This document shows positions 46,795 to 63,360 of a stretch of 64,000 nucleotides of DNA, in pieces; the stretch's first letter is position 1; the number at the start of each line of letters is the position of its first letter. Position numbers and translations under genes: made by a program. Under the pieces are notes generated by a model. The model was not told the DNA's origin and ran no database searches. It saw only the letters and a program-made list of their open reading frames with translations. The stretch is from the human T2T-CHM13v2.0 reference genome, Homo sapiens. The stretch lies in NCBI RefSeq assembly GCF_009914755.1, contig NC_060928.1. One strand, written 5' to 3'.

Positions 46795-47125
46795 TAACTT
46801 GTCATATGCCATAACACAGATGTACCTGTAGGACATTATGCTAAAAGAAAGAAGCCAGTCCCAGAAGGGCAAATATGACATGATTCCATTTGTATGAGGT
46901 ATCTAAAGTATTTAAACTTATAGAAGCAGACACAGAATGGTGGGTGCCGGGGGCTAGGGTAAGGGAGAAATGAGGAGTTGCTGTTCAATGGGTATAAAAT
47001 TCTACAGACCTGCTGTACAGCAATGTGCTTATAGTTAACAGCACTGTACTGCACACTTAAAACTTTGTGAAGAGGGCAGATTTCATATTATGTGTTTTCT
47101 ATCACAAAACACATCAAGAAAAAAC
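46795..47125 (+). mobile_element. L1M (L1MA/L1MB-like) 3' end
   Basis: ACATTATGCTAA..GAAAGAAGCCAG..ATGATTCCATTT..ATGAGGTATCTA. Confidence 0.8.
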
Positions 47126-47461
47126 ATAGTGAGTGAGATTAAAATGACCTTATTCCAAGATTCAAAGCAGTGATTGCTTTTTTGCAACACTTCAGGACTT
47201 CTCCAATAGACCACCGAGTATTGTATGGTCTCAAAAATTCCTCAAAACTAAAAAAAATAAAAAATAAAAAGTTCTACTTGTTTTTCATAAAAAACAAAAA
47301 ATGTTGCTCTCTTCCCCCTGGAGAATAATTGATAGGGTAGCGAAAAATGTGGATATCATAAAATATCTAAACCAAACATAAGGAGAAGAGGTTGTGGTTA
47401 CAAGAAATTTGGGAATCACTGATCTGGAAATAGGTTGAGGTTTCAAAAGAAGTGGGCTTTA

Positions 47462-47779
<318 letters not shown>

Positions 47780-48718
47780 TCATCAGTTTACTATCTAATT
47801 TCCCCTATAGCAAAGATGTGTAGACACAACACCCAAGGGAGGCGGGGGAAATGGCAGCCAGTGACAAGCGATGACAATAAGTAATGAGCTAATGCACAGA
47901 TAAGATGGGCCTAGAAACACATCAGTAACGGCAGAGAAAAATAAAGGAGGCTGAGATACTTTCTATTCAGTAGTGCATGGTTGGAGTCAAAAATGAAGAA
48001 CATACAAATGGCAGGATTTTGTCATATTATTTTCCACAGAAAAAATAAAAGAAAATATCAAAGGATGGGAATTGGCACATGAAAGGTTGAACTGTCACAG
48101 TGCATGTATATAATTATCACTGCCAAGCAGTAAACCAAGAATGGGATTAGTTGAAGGCACCGAGGGAAGTGAAAGGAAACCGGATATACAAGGAGAAAGG
48201 GACAGATTGTGTTTAAATTTAGAACATGGGCTCATGCCCTCAAAGTTGACTGATAGCTGGAGCATGCTTTCTCTTCAGTCATTCCTCCATTTGCTACTTT
48301 TTTTTTTACAATAAAAGCTAATTCTGTGAAGCTTTCCATGGCCACTTTTGGATGCAGGCCCCTTCTGAAGGACACGAGAGAAATGTGAAAGTGGTAAGGA
48401 AGCCTTTCTGGCCAAGATTGGAGAAATTCTCTGAGCCCCTCACCCAGCCATTAGGCCTAGAGGGTCTTATGTGGGTGGTTGAATCACCAGTTTGAACCGC
48501 CAGGCTTGCCCCTCCCAGGCCTCCTTCTAGGGGTGTTTTTAGGAGGAAGGAGACCTCATGTACTTTCCTGGCATTGTTTCAAGACAGGATCTCACCAAGA
48601 CATCTTGAGTTGTCCAGTAAAGAAACTCAACTTAGTGGGGAAGCTTGACTGCCCATTTGGGGTCTTGGGCCATCTGTGGGGCTGGAGGGAGCAGAAAAGA
48701 GAATCAAGACAGCAAATA

Positions 48719-49095
48719 GGCCTGGGGTGATGGCTCATGCCTATAATCCCAGTGCTTTGGGAGGCCGAGGTGAGAGGATTGTTGGGGCCAGATGTTCGAG
48801 ACCAGCCTGGGCAACATAGTGAGGTCTGGTCTCTACAAAAAATAAAACAAAAAATAAAAAATTAGCCAGGTCTGGTGGCTGTCCAGCCTGTCCTTGTGCT
48901 GTCTTTTTAAGTTTTCCTTAGATGGTCTGTCCTTCTGTGGTGGCACCTGCCTGTAGTCACAGCTACTCGGGAGGTGGAGGTAGAAGCATTGCTTGACTCC
49001 AGGAGTTTGAGGCTTCAGTGAGCCATGATGTCACCACTGCACTCCAGCCTGGGTGACAGAGAAGGCCCTATCTCTAAAAAAACAAACAAACAAAA
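48719..49095 (+). mobile_element. Alu (AluJ-like) carrying a 58-bp foreign insert
   Basis: TSD AAGACAGCAAATA at 48706-48718 and 49096-49108. Confidence 0.92.
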
Positions 49096-49212
49096 AAGAC
49101 AGCAAATAAGCAGAGAGAAGGTGGGCAGGAGCCACACATTACAGAAACTTCTCATTATTGAGATTTCTATCTTTCTAGGCTGTTTATGGTCTCTCACAAC
49201 AAAACAAAATGG

Positions 49213-49545
<333 letters not shown>

Positions 49546-51265
49546 TCAGCACCAGCCCTCTGTAGGTCCTGGGAATCTTAAGTGAGTCTTTCCTCTTTCT
49601 TCTAGAAGTTCTCCCAGAGTACCATATTTTTCCCTCAAAATGACTGGAAAAATTCATTGTATAATGTCTTATTAAGAAAGTAATTTTCTAAAGAGGTTGG
49701 TTTAAATAAAAACAAAAACCACATAAATATTCAGCTTATGTTTGAGGGAGCTTTTTCTACTTCCTCTATCCCGTCCCTTCCCCACAACTAAACAAAAAAT
49801 TTGATTGTCTTATTATGTTAACACAGATTCAGTTTATCTATGCATTTCCATTATGGCTAACAAATAAAAAAAGTACATGTCCTGCTGAAAATCACACTTA
49901 ACAAATCCCTTTGGGGACAGAAAAAAGTGCAAACCATTTAAAAATATTAGTTTGTGGGAGGAAGAAGTCAGTTGCAAATCACTCCTCTGCATTATCCTCT
50001 AGTTAAATGAGTTGGATGCCCCAGGCCACATTTATAATGATGTAAGGCTCTCAATCTCTTACTGCAGGCCTGAATCATAACTGTTCTCAAATCAAACATG
50101 CAATGTACAACCAAAAGGTTCAATAAGAAGACCTTTGTTTTCTCTTCTGAAAGTCTAAGACAACACAAGCCAGCTCACAAACTGGCCGCAGGGGTAATGA
50201 GCATTGGATACAAGGGATGTTCAGTGCATTTTTCTACTTGATTAAAATCGATTAATTCTAAAACACAAATGTGTTCAAGCTTGTGGATCAGTGTTGAATG
50301 CTGTAACACACACATCTCAATGTATTAAATAATCTGTTCACATAAAATTGCTAATTAAAAAGTCCAATTCATTTGAAGACGGGTTCTCCCTGCACCTATT
50401 CATTGCACACTACTTCGTATTTCTTCTGCTCTGAACACACCTGGCCCTGCAAGTTACTGAAGTCCCGAGGGTCCATGTGCATAAGGTGGTGGCAAAGCCT
50501 GTCTAGAAGAAGTGTGTGAATCTATATAAGGTACCGCATGAGCATATGTTGGTCAAAAGTGATGCCCATCAATGCAGTACTCCAGATCCTACTGAAAACA
50601 CTGTTTTTGATATATTGGGGGGGAATGAAATACTTGGTGTTTACAAAGAATGTTCCTCCTGCTGCAGCCTCTGGAAAGCCACTTCTAGTCAACCATTCAA
50701 TTCCATGCTGTCATTGAATATACATACATCTCAGCAAGTCAGAGAGGTCTGCATGCTTTAGGAGAGCAGGATCTGTCAGTAGGAGGCCTATTTGGGGCTT
50801 TTACATCTGATGTGTCTATTTCCTTTCTTTATCTGTGCTGACAACTAAGTTTGCACTCAGTCTGGTATCATAGCTGGTTCTTAATCACTTGGGGTTAGAT
50901 TAAGCAACCCTGGATCTCTAACACTGGCCATGTTGCAACACACACAAGGAAATTGGGTCTCTCTTTCTTTTTCCCTGGGTGGTCACTGTGTGGGCAGTGT
51001 CCTCTAACAGCACACATGTGGCCATCAGGCTCTCCGCCCAGAATAAGGGACTGATCTCAGTTGATATCAGAATAGGTCTAAGGGAGCCACATCAGCCTTG
51101 CTGTGGCGTATTTGGTCATGGAGGCTAGCAGGGTACTCCTAGGCAGGTTTCATATGGGCTGTCAAAGCTTTGGGTCTGCTTAGGAAGGTTTGTCTTGAAC
51201 AGCTTTTTCTCTGAGGATTGGGAACCTTGGCTGGGGTAAGGGAGGTGATTATTAAAAATGTCCTA

Positions 51266-52724
<1,459 letters not shown>

Positions 52725-53010
52725 GGGTTGGGCATGGTGGTGCAGGTCTGTGATCCCAGCACTTTGGGAGGCTGAGAGGGGAGGATTGCTTGAGTTCAGG
52801 AGTTCAAGACCAGCCCGGACAACACAGCAAAACCCTGTCTCCATAAAAAATGTAAAAATTAGCTGGGCATGGTGGTGTGTGCCTGTAGTTCCAGCTACTC
52901 GGGGGACTGAGGTGGGAGGATTGCTCAAGCCAGAGAAGTTGAGGTTGAAATAAGCTGAGATTCCTGCCAGTGCACTCCAGCATGGGTGACAGAGTGACCC
53001 TGACTCAAAA
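52725..53010 (+). mobile_element. Alu abutting the 3' end of the UBE2C pseudogene
   Basis: Dimer starts immediately after AATAAATGCATTTT. Confidence 0.92.
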
Positions 53011-53317
53011 AAAAAAATTAAATAAATAAATAAATAACAACAAAATGCCCCAGAACTGCCCAAGATTACTAGTGTCTCTGGCTCATGAGGTCAGACTAGG
53101 AGGGGCCTCTTCAAACAGCCCTCTAAGCTTCCACAACTACAGTTACAGGCCAGGCTACAAGCCAACCCAGATGCCAATTCCACTGTCACCACCACCACCT
53201 CCATGGCCACAGCCCATTTGTGGTGAGCCTTCTAAAGCGTGTTCTCTTTATCTGATCCTCAGGACAGTCCTGTGGAGTTGATCGGGAGTGATCATAATCT
53301 CTATCGCACAAAGGTGA

Positions 53318-53843
<526 letters not shown>

Positions 53844-55395
53844 TAAAAAGAAGCTGCAACTGGCATCTGGCCTCTACTTCCCATTCAGGGGAGTGTGAAA
53901 GTACTATAGGCTTCACCCATTTCTCTCCTCACATGAGACACAAAAGAGTCTCCAGCCTGACTTCAGGGGCTTACGTCACTTTTGCCCAGACTCTCCCATT
54001 TCTTTCCTCTACCTCTTAAAGTTGGAGGAAGGCCCTTTTTCCATAGCATCCTCTGCCTCTGTCCTATTTATACCATTTGAAAACCAAGCTCTTTTAAACA
54101 CTTTTTCAGACAGCTTGCTTCTTTTAAGTCTTTCAATTAAAAGAAAGAAAGAAAAGATACAGCACCCAACTAAAACACAGCCACAAGCACCCAAGGACTG
54201 TCATGCTTCAGGAATTTAAATTGTACTTCATTTGGCATAATCTGTGTTAAAACAATATAGCATTATCTGCTTTGAATGCACTAGGCACCCTCAGGGTGGA
54301 GTTGCATTTTGTATGAGTTATTAAATCTGGTTGGAACTCAACAAGAAACAGTGCCATGTGGGGAAATCCGTGCTGATTGGACCCTTGACTGATCACATGT
54401 CAAAGCCTCGTGCTTTGCTAAAGGGCATCTTCCTTTAAAAATAAGCAATCCTATTACTCAGAGCCTTCTCTGCACACCGTGTCTTTGAAGGAATTTGATA
54501 GTTTGCAAATTCAAAGTTGGAAATTAAAATCCCACAAATAAGACTTGAATCCATTTATTCATGCTAAAATGAGTATAGCTTTGGAAAGTCTTTCCTTATT
54601 AGGATCATTTCAGTATAATCTGTGATCTGGTGTGAGGTTGCTTAACTAACCTCCTGCCCACTAAAGGAGACATATTTTCTAAGATAAGCTCTGCCTTCAA
54701 AGGACTCAGGAGATCCCATAGAATAATATTAACTGAAGTGCATTTCTTTTAAAATAATGTTTCATTGTTTCCTTAATCTGTGTTATTTTTATTTTGCCAG
54801 GCTTAGGATATCTTCTCCTCCCCTAAAATGCATTAAAATAAATCCTGGCCCCTCAGGAGTGATCAAAGCTCTACCATTCACAGAGGAATGTCTATTCCTC
54901 CAAGCTTGGGGAGGTTTCCTAACTAATGAACTAGAATATTGTCAGATGTCTCATTGCCAAGTAATATATTAAAGTGCTTTTCTAATGAGATTTCTGCAAG
55001 GTAACCATAAAACCATAAAAAGCACACTAAGCTTCAGTGAAGCAAAAACATTAAAAAAAATAACCAAATGCCTTTTAGAGATAGAAGAGGTCAACACAAC
55101 AGCTAAAAAAAGCTAAAGAGAATTTGACAAGTAGAAAAATAAAGTCCAGATAATTTTCGCATTTGAAAAAAAAGGTAGACACAAGGCAGAGGAATGTGGT
55201 GGGTAGACAGGTCATCAAGGAGCTACCTGAATATCTGTGTATGACTGAAGTACCTGCCTTTCCACTCATCCTTGTCCACTTGGAACATGGATCTGTTATA
55301 TATAACTATATATGGGCCCTATGAACATCTCTTTATTTTCAGAACTTTCGAGAATTCAGGAATACGATATAAAAATCTCGAATACCAAGGCTCTT

Positions 55396-55712
55396 GTCTC
55401 AGTCAGCCTGGGCTGCTATAACAAATACCATGGACCTGGTGGCTTAAGCATCTGAAGTGTATTGAATGGGAAGTCCAAGATCAGGGTGCGAGCATGGTAG
55501 GGTTCTGGGGAGGCCCACTTCTTGGCTTGTAGATGGCTGCCTTCTTGCTGTAGCCTCACACGGTGGAAAGAGAGATCATCTTTCTTTGCCTCTTCTTATA
55601 GCACACTAATCCCATTCACCTCTCGAAGGCCTCACCTGTGAATACCATCACACTGGGGGTTAAAGCTTCCACAGAGAAATTTTCTGGGGGACACCAATAT
55701 TCAGACCATAGC
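55396..55712 (-). mobile_element. MaLR LTR (MLT1/MST-like)
   Basis: GGGCTGCTATAACAAATACCAT, GGGAAGTCCAAGATCAGGGTG and GGGGACAC..ATTCAGACCATAGC motifs. Confidence 0.8.
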
Positions 55713-56685
55713 TGATCTCTTTACTAGAACCAACGTACCAAGGAATTCTTGCTCAAAGCACAAACAACAGGAATGCCATGAAGCCTCTACCATGGATCAC
55801 TTGGAAACAGTCCTTGGACGTCCCTCTCTTGGCTCTTGCTTGTCACTCCTCCTTCATTATTTAACCACGCAACCTCCCTGACATCAATGAAGCCAGAAAG
55901 CTAAGAAGCCAGCCATTTTGGTCACCTTCGTGTAAGCATATGGCTCCAGCCTGCTCTGTACAGATCCGACAGTCTTGCAGCACTGGCTCCCTTCCAAGAG
56001 GTGAAGAGTAGAACCGACAGATTAAAGGATCTTGTGGGGTCTGAAAACCAGCTTAGAAGGTGATGTGGGTGTTTAGCTTAAGGAAGAGAAGCCTGGGGTG
56101 GGGACACACCTGTGAAATATCCTCTACATTTGAAGGGAAGCCATGTCAGAGAATGAGCAGTCTTGATTTTAGTTACTTCAGAGGGAAGCACTAAGATCAA
56201 AGAATCATTACCTATTTAAGGTCAAGGTAACGAAGGTCTGTCAGCAGTAAAGGATATCCAACAATAAAGAGACTTCCTGAAAACGCAGTCATGTGTATCT
56301 GAGCAATAGTTGAAAGTTGTCAGGGATGTATCCTTCATCTTACTCATAATTTCAATCATATCCAATCAAATGATGGCTTGATTCCAAAGGGAAATTTTTT
56401 ATGAATAAATATTATTTATTTTAAACGCTAACCTCACTAGTACTGAAACATGATTTACTCAAAATTAATAGTATTAAAGTATTTTTCAAAATATGTACTC
56501 TGTATGTCAGTATAGTGTGGAAACAGAAAAACAAAAAAACAAAATATGGTGCTCTGGGTTTATATGAAAGAGACAAAGCAGAATAAGGCATGCATTCATG
56601 GATGTTATACATTCACTTCTGTGAGACCACAGAACGCATCCAAACAGTCCTCCTTTTATAGCAGTTCTTCAAGAAAGGCATATTT

Positions 56686-56982
<297 letters not shown>

Positions 56983-57199
56983 AAAAGCAGGCATATTTTA
57001 AAAGGTCAAATAATTGACAGAACATATTACTCTGGCACTCCAAGGCCAATGCAAATGCTGGAATGCAGCCTTCAGTTGAATCTTGTACTGAAGCATCATC
57101 AGTCTTCAGGAATGTAACAGGAAATGAAATGCAAAGGGAACAGAACTGCCGCGTCACTCACAGAATCTCTGCATTCACACAGGTCTGCATTCCGATCCA

Positions 57200-57780
57200 G
57201 GTGATGCTGGCTAAATGACTTAACGGTTTGAGCCTCAGTTTTCTCATCTACAGAATGGGGTAATAACAGCACTCAGGCCTCGTGGAGTGTTGTGATGCAG
57301 GCGCAGGGCTTCCCATGCTGTCTGGCACACAGAGCACTCAATCAATAAATCGGCACTATTACTTACAATTTCAAAACAATTATTTTAAAATGCAATAGGA
57401 TTTGTTTCCTTGGTTAAGGGGGAGCTGGACCGGATGACTTTCATGGTTCCTGTCAACAACCACATTCTATTATCCTGTTTCATGTTACTCTTTTCCCCCC
57501 TCAACTCATTCCTGCCACGCACCACCCACCCCACCCAACTGTGGCCACGGTAACAAAATCAACAGCAATACCTGTTCACTGACTGCTCACTATGGGCATT
57601 CATATGTGTAAATAATTTAACCCTCACGACAGCCCTGTGAGGTTCGTACTGTCTCCTATTTTACAGAGGACGAAACTGAGACACAGAAAGGTCGAGTAAC
57701 TTGCCCAGTGCTACAAGGCTCATAAATGATAGAGCTGGGATCAAAAAGCTAGACACCTCCTAACCACTATTCCATATTAC
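57200..57780. mobile_element. Two MIR fragments in opposite orientation (about 57200-57365 and 57570-57780)
   Basis: GAGCCTCAGTTTTCTCATCTA and TTTTACAGAGGACGAAACTGAG cores. Confidence 0.75.
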
Positions 57781-59234
57781 CTCATAGGTAACCTAAAATT
57801 CTGCCTCAACAAATTAATTAGCCACTGCACAAGTAAACTACTTGGTGTAGCTGATGGGAAAGCGGTAAAACTCGATTTCAAACTTGTCTAAAAAAAAAAA
57901 AGAAAAATGGTAAAAGATCCACTGTTTGCCTTCAGTCTCCTCTTAGTCTTCAATGCAGTTCTTCCAGCTCTTAATCTGAAGAGCTTCGCTCCTGCTTAAT
58001 GATTTCTCTTCCTCCCCTCTCACAGAACACCCTTACCCTTGATGGGCCAGTGATATAAATATGCATTTCCCATTCACTTGTGAGTTTAGGATTTTTTTTT
58101 TTTTAAAGAGCTCTACCATGTTCCTTTGATCTTTGCTTTTTATGCAGACGGGGTCCACAGAGAACCAGCTAATCCAGAGCCTACAGAGCCCGGAGCACAG
58201 TCAGGCATTTCAGAAATGCACTTGGATGGTAACTAGGAGATTTCTTGAACAAAGAAAGTTCCCAACAAAGCTGTTAGGGCTCAAGAGGACCAGCTCCACC
58301 ACCCACCCCTGCTGATCTGGGAGCTGCTACCTGGGCTGAGCTGGCTCCCGTCCACAGGGCCCCCAGTTCTCTGGCTCAATTCAATACCTCCTGCTGCGGT
58401 GGCTTGTTTCTTCTTGTCCTGAATGTTGTTCTTCAGAGCTGATGATTAATGCCTTCCATTTAGGGTGAGAAAAATGACCTTGCTGTCTATGCAAGTGAGG
58501 ATCATTTATTCCATCTACAAAAGCAGCACACATCTACTTGGCTCAACTCAGAGTATTTCTCTTTGCTGTCTTGTTAAACACGATCGTTTCTTCAAGCGAG
58601 GTTTATATTGTCTTGTGATTTCCCTTTTTTGGTGTGTGTGTGTGTGTTTTAAAAAAACAAATTGCAGGTGATACGTGGCATTTTGCATTGCTAAAATTCA
58701 CATCCCACTGTACTTCATTAGTAAAAGCCATTTATCCCCCACCTTTCAACACTGCTGGCTGAGACGCAAATAGAACCATTTCAGTTTTCCAGTTGAACAG
58801 CCATGGGAAAAAAAAAAGAGCAGAGCCTTGCTTATCTCTGTGTTACACATTAACACAGTCCTCCTTTGCAGAGGTTCTTCAAGGTAGACAGACTTTAAAA
58901 AGTCAAATAATTGACAGAATAATTACCCTGGCACTCCAAGGCCAATGCAAATGCTGGGATGTAGCCTTCAGCTAAATTCTACACTGAAGTTTCAGTCTTC
59001 AGGAAAGTAATAGAAAATGAAATGCAAAGGAAAGGGAATTTCCCAATTTCTCCACTAAGATTTTTTTTAAACCTCAAGTGAAAAAAATCTAGTAAGTCAA
59101 ATTCTATATGAAATCTTCCCAGTTATCTTCTGTCCAACATCTAACAGCGCTTTTCCTATCACTCTCATGCTATTTGTCTCATTAATAATTGTTAATAATA
59201 AAAGTTACTACTGTCCTTACCATTGCCTCTATTA

Positions 59235-59462
59235 TCATTTACTGAGTTTACTGTATGCCAGGCACAGTGCAGGCTCATCCATATATTATCTCAGGTAATC
59301 CTCACAGAAATCTAGTTAAGTGGCTATGCTTATTACCCCATTGTAGAGATGAGGAATTGGAGGCTTTGAGAGGTTAAATAACTTGCCCAGAATCACAGAG
59401 CACATGGGAAGCAGAGCCAGGATTCAGGGTAGGTTTGACTCTAGAACTTCCATCCTGACCAC
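59235..59462. mobile_element. MIR
   Basis: TATGCCAGGCAC...CCCATTGTAGAGATGAGGAA...AACTTGCCCA. Confidence 0.8.
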
Positions 59463-59934
59463 GATTCCCACGGTTTTCTGAGTGATGGCCTATTGACATG
59501 GCCCTTTAGCCCAACACAGGGTCTCCCACAGGGCTTGGTGGGTACCTGAATGAATGAATGACTACAAGAATGAATGAACCAATGACAAAGTGAATGAGAT
59601 TTCTGAAGACTGGATTTTCAAAAAAACATACTTTATCTCAGTAAGAAAAGCAAGAAATGTCTAAAACTGAGTATGGGAATACTTAGGACTTTAAAATGAG
59701 ATAATTTCTCTACCTGTCTAAGATTCAAAGGAGGGAAATTGACACTGCTGCATTCTACTCACATTGCCCGAGTGCTCCAGCCTACAGGGGTTATAGCTGA
59801 AACAACGGAAGCTGATATATTCAAAAGAATATTGATTGCAGACACACGAAGGGTTTTCCTAAAGTTGGTATCAGAACCTTTCTTCCAATACTGAGTCCCC
59901 ATCTTCCCATTTAGAGGAAGATTTTGAGTGAAAT

Positions 59935-60100
59935 TTATTTTATTTTTTGAGACAGGATCTCACTTTTCACCCAGGGTGGAGTGCAGTAGCATGATCATGG
60001 CTCACTGCAGCCTCTAACTCATAGGCTCAAGTGATCCTCCCACTCCAGCCTCCTAAGTGGCTGGGACTACAGATGTGCACCACCACACCTGGCTGACATT
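59935..60100 (-). mobile_element. Alu right-arm fragment
   Basis: Antisense arm. Confidence 0.85.
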
Positions 60101-62029
60101 TTCTTTTCTTACTTTTTATTTAGAACTGACCAGAGAGAATACTAGTCTTACTCACTCACCCTATGCCTACCGTGCACACCGATCCAGGAAATGTCAGGAG
60201 ACAAACCAAACAGCCAATGAAAAGGAAAATGCTAAAAGACATTAGCTGGATCAGCACCACCAATGAAAGTGTGTTGGGTCACAAAAACGACCTGCAGCTT
60301 TCCTTTCCACTGCCAAGGGGATATCTCTGTTGGCTTCCGCTCATCAATCTCTCCTCCTTGGCCCTGGCCAATGTTCTCAGAATGTCTCCGGTGGGCTGAG
60401 GATGCTGACAGATGCCATCTGGTCCTTCTCACCTTTCCTTTCCTGGAAGTCAACACCCATTTCCTCTATGGAGCTTCCCCCTTTTGTCAGCAGGGGAAGT
60501 GAAGATCCCAACCTGGGTACTTAAAATGGGCCTTGAGTGATACTTTCTGGAACATTCTTAGCTTCAGGGCAGGGCCCAGGGAAAGTGCCTCTAATGATCC
60601 TAATGTTAGTTTTAAACTTGCTTGGTAATCACTTTGGAATTGCCCATTTTTTTTTCACAGAGCTTTCTGGCCCATACTCAGCTATGGGTTCTAAGTCTGA
60701 AAGCCTGTTAGGGCATTAAAAATGACTGCTGTTAAAATGCTTAAGAATTATGAAGGGAGGAAGCTAATGCTTAGATTTACCCCCCACCAGCCCCTCCCAC
60801 TCACACCATAGACCACATATTTTCCCCTCAGAAAGGAAAACATTCCTGACCTCTGTTTAAATGTTTATCAGAAGTTGTCTGGACTTGTAAATTCTCTGAA
60901 GTCACACTCTTTATTAGTCACATCCTTCTTGGTGTGTGGTGTGACCCTTCTATCAGGGCAGGGGGAATGTCGGGCCTTGTGCAGAAATCATTTGGTGCGG
61001 GAAACATCAACCACCACCCAGAGATTTTCATGTAGCCCAAACACAAGCAGAAGCTGAGCAAGGACCTTGAGCTTCCCCATGGTGGCAGGGCTTCCGTTTT
61101 GAATATGTGTGAAAAAAATTCCTTAGTTCTGAGTCCGCTGGGGCCTTGATTTTAAAACAAAGCCCCAGCATGAAGTCTGGCTCCAGAGAAAGAAAAGTGG
61201 AAGTTCTAGGTCCTCAGCACAAAATAAAGGACTATTCAGAGTTCTATTCTGGCTCCAAAGTGCTGCTGCTTTGGGTTTGCAATTGAATCACCCTGCCTTC
61301 CTGGTCCTTTGACGTTGATAACTTAGCTTCTACTTGGGATTCTGTGTAAGCAGTTTGCATCCAACAGACTTTGGCTTACCGGGTGAAAGGCCCTGTTGTA
61401 GAACCGACTCGGGGATGCTGGTATGTGAGAAAGAAAGGTACTACTAGAGCAACAGAAAACGCACTGATTAGCAAGTAGGGGAAGTGGGTTTTGGTACCAT
61501 TTCTCCCCACATTTTACTTAGTCCTCAGTTTTTTCATCTGTAAAATGGAAAGGTTGAAGCAATGATCTAGGAGGTCCTTTGGGGTCAAGAATCCTCTTTG
61601 TCTCTACATCAGAAGTGGAGGAACAGGTGTGAGTTTCAGCCCAAGGAATATCAGTTATAATAAGAAAGACTTTCCTGAGAGAAGGCTGAGTTTACAAAGG
61701 ATGCTCTGTGATTTTCCTCTTTTGACCAGTGTGGGTCCCAAATCGCGGTCTCAGAGAGCTCTTCTGGGACCTGCGTCTTTGGAGTTGCCATGTTTGAAAT
61801 CTCTTAGACTAAGATGATACAGGGAAGTGGTTAGGGAAAGGTTAATGATGAACTGAAATATCACCCCAGAATCATTCTAGATCTATGAGTGTATAGTTTT
61901 AAATTTGAATCAAGTTTTTGGTAATTAGAAGAAGGAAAGAAAAGAACCTTCGAAATTTAGTTATGAGGAATATCAATGATGTAGTGGTTCAGTATTCTTT
62001 TAAAATATTTTGTTGCTATTTAAAAAATG

Positions 62030-63360
62030 CAAAAGTGCATGCTCACTGTAACAATTCAGATATACAAATATATAAAGAAGCAGCAAGTTGTCTACTTTTA
62101 CCTCCTGATAATCCTAACCCCCCAACAACTTATATAAACTGTTTATACATATAGTTTTTATTTTTTTAATGAAAATTTCATACCTATTAACATGCAAGCT
62201 GCTTTAAATTTTTTTTAAAGTTTTATTTTAAGACACAGGGTTTGTCTATGTTGCCTAGGCTTATCTTGAACTCCTGGCCTCAAGCTTCCTGAGTAGCTGG
62301 GTCTACAGGTGTACACCACCACACCTGGCTTAAACTGCCTTTTTTTCAGTGAACAATCCATGTATTATGTATTAGCTTTATTAGTTCAATACACATAAAT
62401 CAAATTCATTCTTTCCAATAGCTGCAAAATGTCCCCAAACATGGGCATAATTCTTTAAGAATATTCCAGATGTTCCAAATTCTTCTATATACAAACTATG
62501 ATACAATAAATATTCTTAATACTTATGTCCCTATGCGTTAGCACTTTTGTTTCTGTAGGAGAGGTTTCCAGAAATAAGATTGCTGGGTCAAAGGGTATGA
62601 GAATGTTTAATTTTAATAAATACTCCTAGATTACTTTTGAAAAGCTTGTTAGGAATTCTGGTCTTGGCAATAGTGCAGGAAGGTCCCCATTTCCCCGCAC
62701 ATTTCCCAGCAGTGGGAGTGAGAAATTTTCAAAAAATTTGGCTAAGCTGAACAGGGAAACATTGTAGGTTATTGTTGTTCTAATTGCATTTCAGGACTTG
62801 TTGTGAAGTTGAGCAACTCTTCACATGTTTAATGGCCACTTGCAGTTGTTCCTTTTAATTCACTATTTATTACTTTTCTCTTTTTCCTGTTGCTTTATCG
62901 ATCAACTTACATGAGCTCTTGTTTACTACAGATACTTAGTTTGCTTATCAAATATTTTGCAAATAACTTCTCCAGGCTATTACTGTCTTCCTGTTTTGTT
63001 TATGGTTTTGGTTGCCATACAGCATGCCACAAGGGCAGTGATGCTGGCTGTTTAGTACATTGCTGTGCCCTCAGCAGCAGGAATGGTGCGTGGCACATAG
63101 TATGTTCTCAATAAAAACAATTATCTCATGAATGGGTGAATGAATAAGTAATAAATTTGAAATTTTAATGCAGCTAATCTGTTAATCCTTTCTCTTATGG
63201 TTTCTGGGTTACCAGAATAGTTCTATTTTATTAGTTTTATTTTTCTTGAAATTAATCCTTTTATCCATCTTGAATAGTTTTTTATTAAGAATTTTTCTTT
63301 TCTATTTGGAGTCCTAATCCATCTTAAATTTGTTCTGCATGTGGTATGAAGCAGGGCAAA
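62030..63360 (-). mobile_element. Old L1M fragments with a partial Alu (about 62215-62332)
   Basis: ATTGCTGGGTCAAAGGGTATG, TAATTGCATTTC and ATCCATCTT antisense L1 signatures. Confidence 0.7.
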
